64,000 bases of DNA from a virus. The notes beneath the pieces are model-generated. The model saw only the letters and a program-made list of their open reading frames with translations. It was not told the DNA's origin and ran no database searches. Below, piece by piece: positions 1-6,910 of this stretch. The position numbers and the translations under genes were made by a program. Position 1 is the stretch's first letter. The number at the start of each line of letters is the position of its first letter. The stretch is taken from the IMG/VR virus record IMGVR_UViG_3300045988_178038, positions 1 to 64,000 of that record; one strand, given 5' to 3'.

Positions 1-2
1 AA

Positions 3-110
3 ACTTCAAATGAGAAAACTTTAAGATTTGCTCCACCTAAAAATGGACAAATTAAAGGTATTTCATTTGCAAAAGATTATGAAGTTGAGGAGGTGCTTAG
101 TAGGATGTGA
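3..110 (+). CDS. 3-prime end of an ORF truncated by the window edge (hypothetical)
   Basis: Only open frame from position 3; ends ...EVEEVLSRM then TGA at 108-110; no function assignable. Confidence 0.25.
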   Translation, partial: TSNEKTLRFAPPKNGQIKGISFAKDYEVEEVLSRM

Positions 111-132
111 AAACATATTTGAAACAATCATG

Positions 133-165
133 ATGTCGTAGGTTCAAGTCCTTCTACTCCCGCCA
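133..165 (+). other. orphan tRNA 3-prime half (T arm, acceptor 3-prime strand, CCA)
   Basis: GTAGG-TTCAAGT-CCTTC T arm (138-154), TACTCCC, G, CCA; no matching 5-prime acceptor strand GGGAGTA in the upstream 130 nt. Confidence 0.3.
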
Positions 166-168
166 TAT

Positions 169-255
169 GGGTCAGTACAGTGTAATTGGTATCACCCCTG
201 ACTGTAAATCAGGTGCTTAATGCGGTTGTTAGTTCAAGTCTAACCTGGCCCACCA
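169..255 (+). tRNA. tRNA-Tyr (anticodon GTA), long variable arm, encoded CCA
   Basis: Hand-folded cloverleaf: acceptor GGGTCAG/CTGGCCC (one G-T), anticodon stem CCTGA/TCAGG, loop CTGTAAA, T arm GTTAG-TTCAAGT-CTAAC, A + CCA. Confidence 0.85.
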
Positions 256-533
256 AATGATAGCGAGTAGTGTGAGTAGAAAAGATAAGAACGAAATAGT
301 ACCTTGTATGGTGGATAAACCTATTACTCACTTATTGAATCTATTGGAGTCACACACGGCTCCGCTTGCTTATCATTAACAACTATAAAGGAATGCTACA
401 TCCTGTTAATAGTATTAGCGTACTGTTGACGAAATAAAAGAGTAGTGTGGTAAGGAACACACCGGGAGTGGTTCTAAGGTCGTAAAAGCGGCTACAGTTG
501 AGTGGTAAACTAGTCTCAACAACTAAATTATAT
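256..533 (+). ncRNA. unassigned structured spacer between tRNAs (candidate ncRNA)
   Basis: No ORF; closing helix 256-267/365-377 (12 bp, one bulge), inner helices 272-278/325-331 and 346-349/360-363, further hairpins up to 533. Confidence 0.2.
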
Positions 534-602
534 CCTCTTTTAGTGTAGTGGTAGCACACTCCCCGTCAAGGGAGAAGAACGGGTTCGAGACCGTGCGGAG
601 GA
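534..602 (+). tRNA. aberrant tRNA-like element, Asp(GTC)-like (possible pseudo-tRNA)
   Basis: Good D arm GTGT-AGTGGTA-GCAC and acceptor CCTCTTT/GCGGAGG (6/7), but anticodon stem CTCCC/GGGAG encloses only 6 nt (CGTCAA) and the T arm is ACGG-GTTCGAGA-CCGT (4 bp, 8-nt loop); no CCA. Confidence 0.4.
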
Positions 603-777
603 CGGCTTGACACAGCCGTAGTGTTATCTCTGGTATACAAAGCAATCATCTTCGAAGGCCCTAGATTGTGAGGAGAAACAGTCCCTTGGGTTCTCCATTG
701 CATACATCCCTAGCGGTTGTTATGTTGAGACCGATGGCGCGACGGTCGTTTATAATATCGCGCCATTTGTCTAAAAT

Positions 778-852
778 GCGGGTGTAGTATAATGGTTATT
801 ATGTCTGCCTTCCAAGCAGAAGATGGGGCTTCGATTGCCCTCACTCGCTCCA
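778..852 (+). tRNA. tRNA-Gly (anticodon TCC), encoded CCA
   Basis: Acceptor GCGGGTG/CACTCGC, anticodon stem TCTGC/GCAGA with loop CTTCCAA, T arm GGGGC-TTCGATT-GCCCT, T + CCA. Confidence 0.85.
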
Positions 853-936
853 CCGCCCCATGGGAAGTTTGCCTCCAATAAGTCTCATGACTACTACTAG
901 ATTGCACTAGTTGACTGAATAAAGGTGGTTTTATAT

Positions 937-1013
937 GCACTTGTAGCTCAGTTGGTAGTAGCAATTGCCTTTTAAGCAATGGGTCGGGCATTCGAGTTGC
1001 CCCAAGTGCACCA
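937..1013 (+). tRNA. tRNA-Lys (anticodon TTT), encoded CCA
   Basis: Acceptor GCACTTG/CAAGTGC, anticodon stem ATTGC/GCAAT with loop CTTTTAA, T arm GGGCA-TTCGAGT-TGCCC, A + CCA. Confidence 0.85.
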
Positions 1014-1093
1014 TTTTATTTGGAATCAATAGCTTGTCCACCTTTGGGCGACCCGTAATAGCCGGACTTTTGAAAATTTCTTCTCGTAAATGT

Positions 1094-1122
1094 TTGAAAT
1101 TTTTCTGATTTCTTGATATAAT
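1094..1122 (+). promoter_or_regulatory. class A promoter (TTGAAA-17-TATAAT + conserved downstream box)
   Basis: TTGAAA 1094-1099, 17-bp spacer, TATAAT 1117-1122, followed by ATTTACAGAAAGTGAGG. Confidence 0.6.
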
Positions 1123-1148
1123 ATTTACAGAAAGTGAGGGAAACGAAA

Positions 1149-1322
1149 ATGGAAACTGAAACTCCGTGGAAGCCCGAAGTAAAGAAGATGTCTCCCGAAC
1201 AACTTGAGAAGTGGACGGCGCTCCGTAAAAAGTGTCAAGTCTTTCCTTCTCGAAAACCATATTCGCGCAAAATCAAACATAAAAATCGAGAAAAAGAAGA
1301 AAAAGAAGAAAACGAAATTTGA
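1149..1322 (+). CDS. hypothetical small basic protein (57 aa)
   Basis: ORF track 1134..1322; start moved to ATG 1149 behind GTGAGGG; lysine/glutamate rich; sits inside the tRNA island. Confidence 0.35.
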   Translation: METETPWKPEVKKMSPEQLEKWTALRKKCQVFPSRKPYSRKIKHKNREKEEKEENEI

Positions 1323-1347
1323 AAAACTTCTAAAATTTTGGTATAAT
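1319..1347 (+). promoter_or_regulatory. class A promoter
   Basis: TTGAAA 1319-1324, 17 bp, TATAAT 1342-1347, then ATTTATACAAGATGAGA. Confidence 0.6.
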
Positions 1348-1362
1348 ATTTATACAAGATGA

Positions 1363-1404
1363 GAGAGAGGAACTGGTCTTTTCCTTTCTACCAGTTCCTC
1401 TCTC
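1363..1404 (+). other. perfect 15-bp hairpin at the 5-prime end of the tRNA-Ile transcript
   Basis: GAGAGAGGAACTGGT (1363-1377) pairs with ACCAGTTCCTCTCTC (1390-1404), 12-nt loop, no U-run after it. Confidence 0.5.
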
Positions 1405-1436
1405 AGAAAGTCCTAATGTGGCTTACTTGAAAACTA

Positions 1437-1509
1437 TCCGATGTAGTTCAACTGGTTAGAATACCGCATTGATAAAGCGGAGCTTTCGGTTCAAATCCGG
1501 CCTTCGGGT
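1437..1509 (+). tRNA. tRNA-Ile (anticodon GAT), no encoded CCA
   Basis: Acceptor TCCGATG/CTTCGGG (6/7), D arm GTTC-AACTGGTTA-GAAT, anticodon loop TTGATAA (A-A mismatch closing), T arm TTCGG-TTCAAAT-CCGGC. Confidence 0.6.
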
Positions 1510-1903
1510 AGTTGGTAAGCAGTCCCAAGCCTGCATAAACACAGAGGGAGACTAATAGCGGTATTACAGTGGCCAATGTAGTATCCAAAATTTCGAGACA
1601 GGCAAGTCTTCAGGCAGTAATGTCTGATGAAACAACGACGGCGAAGGAGTCGCGACCTTCGGAGGAGCCGAGATAAACCTACGGGGACCGCCATCGGAGA
1701 AAAGGAATTTGTTAGTCAAATCAGTTTCGTGGTTCTGAAACTCAAAATCACCTCGCGCAGTCCCTATGGCGCAATATAAATAGGATAGGCGCTATCTGAC
1801 ATGGCGTGACGTTCAGCAGTTTCGATGCGTGGGCTTACCTATAAAACTCATGCTGGGTCTTTGGAGCCTTTTACCTCCTGTGTGAAACAAAAGGCTCGTA
1901 TAT
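1510..1903 (+). ncRNA. ORF-free structured region (candidate large ncRNA, 5-prime part)
   Basis: No credible ORF, visibly GC-richer than the flanking coding DNA, local helices such as CGAAGG/CCTTCG 1642-1647/1656-1661. Confidence 0.3.
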
Positions 1904-1980
1904 GGCACTGTAATCCAATTGGCAGAGATAGCGGATTCAAAATCCGTAAAGTGTGGATTCGAATTCCACCAGTGCTACCA
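1904..1980 (+). tRNA. tRNA with anticodon CAA (Leu by anticodon) but a short 5-nt variable arm, encoded CCA
   Basis: Acceptor GGCACTG/CAGTGCT, anticodon stem GCGGA/TCCGT with loop TTCAAAA, variable AAAGT, T arm GTGGA-TTCGAAT-TCCAC, A + CCA. Confidence 0.7.
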
Positions 1981-2066
1981 GAAATTCGTGTCCCGCTAAG
2001 CTCTATAATGATTGTGGCGAGGCTAAGGCGTTGGCAGATAAGGGGCAACCGCACGAATTAGAATAT

Positions 2067-2140
2067 TGCGCGGTCATCTAATGGTAGGATAGAAGGCTCA
2101 TTACCTTCCAATGCTGATTCGACTTCAGCCTGCGCACCCA
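2067..2140 (+). tRNA. tRNA-Met (anticodon CAT; initiator/elongator/Ile2 not distinguishable), encoded CCA
   Basis: Acceptor TGCGCGG/CTGCGCA, D arm ATCT-AATGGTA-GGAT, anticodon stem GAAGG/CCTTC with loop CTCATTA, T arm GCTGA-TTCGACT-TCAGC, C + CCA. Confidence 0.8.
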
Positions 2141-2935
2141 TTCGCCTAGGCGAAACTCTCGTAGAGGGTGGATTTTACGGTTCAACTACCACCGGCTTCC
2201 GCGCACGGGCGGCGATCGCTGATCGCCAGGGCTGACAACGAAGATATGTGGCTTTGTCATTTGTAGAGAGTATAATAAATAAAAACGAAAGTAAACCGTT
2301 ATTTGTTCCTTGAAAATAAAATATCTTAGAACTCGATGATAAACATTCTGTGACTAGGAATGTCGAGGCGTTTTGGAAAAGGGCGGCAGACAACGAACAA
2401 GGATACTTGTGGATACTGGCCGGCGTGCGTGACGTGAGTTGCGTGCCAGAGAGGATGAACTCCCAACCCTAAGAAACGGCATCGAGACTAACGCAAGTAA
2501 AGGTAGGACGCGCGTCGCTGGCGTAATAGAGGCTTTCAAGATAATTGAGAGCTGAATCCTAATCTCCCTTAGTTGGTGACTGTGGGTGAATCATTTGATT
2601 AGGAAATAACCACAAGCCAGTTTGTTGTGAAGCGAAGAAATTCGTGTATAAGACGTGTATGTGGCCTCTGAGTAGCCAAAGACAAGCACAATAATGATTA
2701 TTGATAATAAAAATCAAGAACTTGCTGAATGGCTGGTGAAAGGTTCTGGTAATCAATCCAGAAGAGACTACGCGCACGAAGGTGCGGCTATGGGAAGTAT
2801 GCGCGGGACGCTGCGTATGCTCAGCCCCATGGTACTCTTGACTGAATATACTTGAAGTTAGTTTTCGGTAGGTTGAAGAACCCATAGATATTTTATTTTC
2901 AGGGAACAAATCCCTTTCGACGGATAGGAACGTCG
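2141..2935 (+). ncRNA. ORF-free, hairpin-dense 0.8 kb region (candidate large ncRNA, 3-prime part)
   Basis: Helices 2141-2154, 2167-2171/2189-2193, 2211-2217/2221-2227, 2422-2428/2441-2447, 2558-2564/2597-2603, 2744-2749/2758-2763, 2773-2777/2782-2786, 2901-2905/2911-2915, 2916-2922/2931-2937; track ORFs here are antisense, RBS-less and low-complexity. Confidence 0.3.
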
Positions 2936-2965
2936 AAAATTTTGAATGATAGGAGAGGAACTATT

Positions 2966-3256
2966 ATGGCAAGATATTATAGCGACATTACAAACAAGCT
3001 CTACGATAGCATGGATGACCTTGAAGAGGCTGAAAAGAAGATTATCGCAAAACGAGAAGAGAAAAGAGTGGCAGAGCAGAAGCGTGCCGACGAACGAAAA
3101 GTTCGCGCGCAGGAGATTGATGAGTTACAGAAGACTTACGTAGACGCCCGAAAGGCGTATACAGAAGCTCTTGAGAAATTCTGTAATGATTACGGAACCT
3201 TTCATACTTCCATTTCTTCTGATAATCTTTTCGATTTTCTTTGGAGTTGGATGTAA
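2966..3256 (+). CDS. hypothetical coiled-coil protein (96 aa)
   Basis: ATG 2966 behind AGGAGAGG; charged heptad-like sequence; followed by a terminator. Confidence 0.55.
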   Translation: MARYYSDITNKLYDSMDDLEEAEKKIIAKREEKRVAEQKRADERKVRAQEIDELQKTYVDARKAYTEALEKFCNDYGTFHTSISSDNLFDFLWSWM

Positions 3257-3263
3257 TAGAAAC

Positions 3264-3291
3264 GGCGCCCTTGATTGGGCGCTTTTCTTTT
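3264..3291 (+). terminator. intrinsic terminator
   Basis: GCGCCC/GGGCGC stem (3265-3270/3277-3282) followed by TTTTCTTTT. Confidence 0.7.
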
Positions 3292-3321
3292 ATCAAAATA
3301 GAAACAGAAAGGAGAGAACAA

Positions 3322-3522
3322 ATGACACTTTATTTTGACAATGGGTATGAGCCGAGGCGGTCTATTGGTCATCCTAGCACTAAGGAAGATGCATATCAAC
3401 TGGTTTACAAGTTTTTAGAGGAGCACAACTATAAAGCTCCTTATACAAGAGAATGGACAAATGATATCAATGAGACTTGGATCGATGTTGGAAGCCACAC
3501 AGAATTCTTTATTTGGTGCTAA
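3322..3522 (+). CDS. hypothetical protein (66 aa)
   Basis: ATG 3322 behind AAAGGAGAG; the upstream part of track ORF 3241..3522 overlaps the terminator. Confidence 0.5.
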   Translation: MTLYFDNGYEPRRSIGHPSTKEDAYQLVYKFLEEHNYKAPYTREWTNDINETWIDVGSHTEFFIWC

Positions 3523-3594
3523 TTTATCAAGGTTATTTGGCGCCCGACTACTTAGAGATAGAAAGGAAAATATATCCCAGAAAAGGAGAATAGA

Positions 3595-4233
3595 ATGAAG
3601 AAAAATGAAGATATCGGACTGCTACCGCTAGTCCAAATTCCAGAAAGCGCGAATTATTCACTTCCCGATGATAATCTCCTGTCGTTCTACAATGATTTGG
3701 AAGAACGATTACTTTGGGTGACAGATGGAATTGATAGCTGTTCCTTGAATATTATTCATTATATTTTGAAGTGGAACCGTGAAGATAAGGGAATTGAACT
3801 TTCTGCGCGGAAGCCTATTCGTCTTCTCATTTTTAGTCCCGGTGGAGAGCTTGATGTTTTTACTGCCATTGGCAATATTATTCGTCTTTCAAAAACCCCT
3901 GTTATTGGTATCAATATTTCGTGTGCTTACAGCGCCGCGGCTATGATACTTCTAATGTGTCATAAGAGATATGCTTTGAGCAGTGATGTCTCTGTTCTTT
4001 TCCATCAAGGAAGTTGTTCTGGCATTCAGGGAACTTATGATCAGATTGCTAATTTTATGAAAGAATATGATGAGCAGGTTTCTCGTCTTTCTCAGGTTAT
4101 TCTCGATAGAACTTTATTTACAAAAGAAGAAGTAGATGAAAAGATGAAGAGCGATTGGTACGTATCCGCGCGCGAAGGTGTCGAACGTGGTGTATATGAT
4201 GGTATTATTTCTTCTATTGACGAACTAATCTGA
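3595..4233 (+). CDS. ClpP-like serine protease (S14 family homolog)
   Basis: IFSPGGELDVFTAIGNII...CAYSAAAMILLMC...VLFHQGS matches the ClpP pattern INSPGG...AASMGA...MIHQP; RBS AAAAGGAG. Confidence 0.7.
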   Translation: MKKNEDIGLLPLVQIPESANYSLPDDNLLSFYNDLEERLLWVTDGIDSCSLNIIHYILKWNREDKGIELSARKPIRLLIFSPGGELDVFTAIGNIIRLSKTPVIGINISCAYSAAAMILLMCHKRYALSSDVSVLFHQGSCSGIQGTYDQIANFMKEYDEQVSRLSQVILDRTLFTKEEVDEKMKSDWYVSAREGVERGVYDGIISSIDELI

Positions 4234-4243
4234 GGAGGTCTAA

Positions 4244-4459
4244 ATGGACTATACAGGAATTAGAGAAGTCTCGCTTACCCAAGAAGAATTAGCTCAATTT
4301 TATCAAGGAGATTTTCCAATTCTCAACTTATTGGAGAATCAATATGTTTTTCTTCGTGATGAGACCGGTAAGATTGTGGATAAGTTCTTCTGGCGCGCGG
4401 GACATTTAGAGAGAGAGTTCCTTTTATCATTTTTTCTTCTGATTTCGTTGGTAAGATAA
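4244..4459 (+). CDS. N-terminal fragment of the PhoH-like protein (frame-disrupted)
   Basis: RBS GAGGAGG; the frame ends in junk after the (GA)5 tract at 4408-4417, while the other frame continues as VPFIIFSSDFVGKIKPRNPEQECAFHLL into the ATPase. Confidence 0.45.
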   Translation: MDYTGIREVSLTQEELAQFYQGDFPILNLLENQYVFLRDETGKIVDKFFWRAGHLEREFLLSFFLLISLVR

Positions 4460-4497
4460 AACCGCGTAATCCAGAGCAAGAATGCGCTTTTCATCTT

Positions 4498-5076
4498 TTG
4501 CATGACCAAGATATTAGGGTGAAGTTGATTACAGGTCGATTTGGTTCTGGTAAGTCTATGAGCATGATAGCGCAAGCCGTTGAAGCACTAGATAAAGGCA
4601 TTATTGATAAGGTTGTTTACGTTCGTAATAATATTACCGTGCGTGATATGGCAGAACTAGGTTTTTTGCCAGGAGGAGAGGTTGACAAGCTCCTTCCATA
4701 TTTGATGCAATTTGCTGACCATGTTGGCGGGAAAGAAGCTCTTATCAGAATGATTTCCGAAGAAAAACTTGAGCCAATTCATCTAGGCTATTTGCGCGGG
4801 CGTGATATTCGTAATTCAATTATCTATGTCACAGAGGCGCAAAATCTTACGGCAGACCATATCAAGTTACTTTTGGGACGCGTTGGTGAGGGTTCCTATC
4901 TTTATCTTGATGGAGATTTTCATGCTCAGATTGACCGTTCAGTTTTTGAACGCTCTCCTGGCTTGAAACGAATGATTGAAGTCTTGGCCGGTAATAAGTT
5001 GTTTGGTTATGTAAATTTGGTAAAGTCAGAACGCTCTGAAGTTTCCGCTTTGGCTGACTTATTAGATGAAAATTGA
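4498..5076 (+). CDS. phoH: PhoH-like ATPase (C-terminal part as given by the ORF track)
   Basis: Walker A GRFGSGKS, LGFLPGG, YLRGRD, TEAQNLT, LDGDFHAQID are the classic PhoH motifs; this frame is open back to 4384. Confidence 0.75.
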   Translation: MHDQDIRVKLITGRFGSGKSMSMIAQAVEALDKGIIDKVVYVRNNITVRDMAELGFLPGGEVDKLLPYLMQFADHVGGKEALIRMISEEKLEPIHLGYLRGRDIRNSIIYVTEAQNLTADHIKLLLGRVGEGSYLYLDGDFHAQIDRSVFERSPGLKRMIEVLAGNKLFGYVNLVKSERSEVSALADLLDEN

Positions 5077-5122
5077 AAAACCAGCACCGGACTTCCTGCG
5101 GCGCTGTTTTCATATATCGTAG

Positions 5123-5152
5123 GGAGAGGGCGTGAGTCCTCTCCTTATTTTA
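5123..5152 (+). terminator. intrinsic terminator
   Basis: GGAGAGG/CCTCTCC stem (5123-5129/5138-5144) followed by TTATTTTA. Confidence 0.65.
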
Positions 5153-5165
5153 TGGAGTGAGATAA

Positions 5166-6848
5166 ATGGCATATCAATCTGTCTATTGGAAAAAATATGA
5201 TAGGTCAAAGATGTTTTCTCAAATGGATGTTTTTTATAATTATCTTGGAGAAGACCCCGCGCGGGCTTCACTGGCAGTTTTGAAAGGAATGGCAGAAGAC
5301 AGTTTCAATCGCCACTTGAATCAGATAAGAGAGATCTCAAAAAATGTTGAACCTTATAGACGTATTGCTGAGGCAGAAAAGGAAAAGGAATTAGCTCTTT
5401 TGCGCGAGGTCTTTGGGCAAGACCTTCATATAAATCTTCAAGACCAAAATGATGTAAAGTCGTTGATTGAGGCATTAAATAGTGTTTTGAATATAAAAGA
5501 TGTATATAATAGGAATGTCCGAACTTTGGAGCTTTCTAGGGGTGGTATGAAAAGCGTCGTATCTTTCTTCCCAACTTATTTTCTCCAAGTTTGGAATGAA
5601 CAGTGGGAAGATATCTATTTAGCGACTTGTGACATGTTCGCGCAAGGAAAAATTACATTGGAAGAGGCCTTGAAAAAAGAGGTCAATAAAAGAATTGATA
5701 ATATGACAATTGAAGCAATAGAGAGAATGTTGTCCGCGCAAGCTGAGATGAAAGGTATGCGCGAAGACGATAAATATAATAAAGCTTACCAAAAATTGCT
5801 TGACGCAATTAGGACTCTTCCAAGGTATAGAAATGAAATCATCGAAAGAATTCGTTCAATTTATCAGCTAGACAAGCTAAGCGACAGTATTACAGAGCAA
5901 ATCAAAGGGGAAGGGCACATAACAAAGAAACAAATAGAAAAGAAACTAAAAAATTCTGCTAAAAAACCAGTTGAAATTCAATCAGCTTCGCGCGGAGGAT
6001 TGACTTTAGAGGCTATTGAGAAAATGGTTTTCAATATGATTGGAGACAGAATAGAAGCCAATGGTGGGATGGCTAGAACCATTCATACTGGTAAGATTGG
6101 TAATATGAAAGCAGATAATATTATGACAATTGGCCTTGCTCCTTCCATCATTGATGAATGGCTTGATGATATTATGGAGATTTCTGGTTCATCGCGCGCA
6201 GATAATATAGAGAGAATTCGACGTCTTGGAGAATTGACACAAAATGCAGATAAAGGCTTTATAATTTATTCTAGTGATAAAAATTATACTTTGAATCAAA
6301 GGTTTCGTGAGCAATTTGGCTTTTCTGCCGGATCGGCATTGTCTGCTCAATCATTCTATGATGTGACGCGCAATGTAAATAAGAACGCGCGCACTTTTAC
6401 TGGTCTGCTGGTCAATACAATTGGCGGAGCTGTAATGGATACCGAAGGAACACGTGACCGCTTAGCAGAGATTGTTGCAGAGGATATTGCCGTAATGCTT
6501 TTTGATGATTATCAGACAATTGGTGATTTTAGAGGGAAAACAGGAGCTCGCGCCATTCATATAATGAATTTAGGTAATATAATGATACCTCTTTCTGTTT
6601 TTTTGACGATGTTCGCCAACGCAGTCGAGCAAGCGGAAAGTGAACCTTCTGATTTTGTGAGGGTCGCTATTATGACACCTGAAATTGAATTCAAAACATA
6701 TTCAGAGCAACTGGAATGGCAAGCTAGAGAAAGGGCAACTTCTAGCGAAGCATGGAGCTTTCAGCGGGAGCAAGCTCTCCAGAAGACTCGGATTTCGGTT
6801 CGTTTCTTCCGAGAATTCCGTTCTTTCATCACCACGCTCGGTCAGTAA
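5166..6848 (+). CDS. hypothetical protein (560 aa)
   Basis: Long ORF with a GGAG RBS; I recognise no motif. Confidence 0.6.
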   Translation: MAYQSVYWKKYDRSKMFSQMDVFYNYLGEDPARASLAVLKGMAEDSFNRHLNQIREISKNVEPYRRIAEAEKEKELALLREVFGQDLHINLQDQNDVKSLIEALNSVLNIKDVYNRNVRTLELSRGGMKSVVSFFPTYFLQVWNEQWEDIYLATCDMFAQGKITLEEALKKEVNKRIDNMTIEAIERMLSAQAEMKGMREDDKYNKAYQKLLDAIRTLPRYRNEIIERIRSIYQLDKLSDSITEQIKGEGHITKKQIEKKLKNSAKKPVEIQSASRGGLTLEAIEKMVFNMIGDRIEANGGMARTIHTGKIGNMKADNIMTIGLAPSIIDEWLDDIMEISGSSRADNIERIRRLGELTQNADKGFIIYSSDKNYTLNQRFREQFGFSAGSALSAQSFYDVTRNVNKNARTFTGLLVNTIGGAVMDTEGTRDRLAEIVAEDIAVMLFDDYQTIGDFRGKTGARAIHIMNLGNIMIPLSVFLTMFANAVEQAESEPSDFVRVAIMTPEIEFKTYSEQLEWQARERATSSEAWSFQREQALQKTRISVRFFREFRSFITTLGQ

Positions 6849-6849
6849 T

Positions 6850-6878
6850 TTGAAAATCAAAAAAAATTATGATATACT
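6850..6878 (+). promoter_or_regulatory. class A promoter
   Basis: TTGAAA 6850-6855, 17 bp, TATACT 6873-6878, then ATTTATAGAAAGTAGAA. Confidence 0.55.
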
Positions 6879-6910
6879 ATTTATAGAAAGTAGAAAGGAA
6901 AGAGAATATT

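Noticed and set aside
89-165. A complete tRNA upstream of tRNA-Tyr
   Set aside because: Only the T arm, the 3-prime acceptor strand and CCA can be folded. No D arm, anticodon arm or complementary 5-prime acceptor strand could be found, so only an orphan 3-prime half is reported.
1904-1980. Reading the CAA tRNA as a minus-strand tRNA-Gln (TTG)
   Set aside because: The reverse complement would have a canonical TTTTGAA loop, but it lacks a TTC T-loop and a 3-prime CCA. The plus strand has both, and every other tRNA here is on the plus strand.
710-2909. ORF-track ORFs in the tRNA island (710..991, 931..1260, 1491..1694, 1825..2061, 1848..2054, 2175..2393, 2354..2539, 2559..2909)
   Set aside because: They overlap well-folded tRNAs or hairpin-dense spacer, lie on both strands, lack ribosome-binding sites, and translate to low-complexity Arg/Ser/Leu/Cys-rich sequence. 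I treated them as non-coding.
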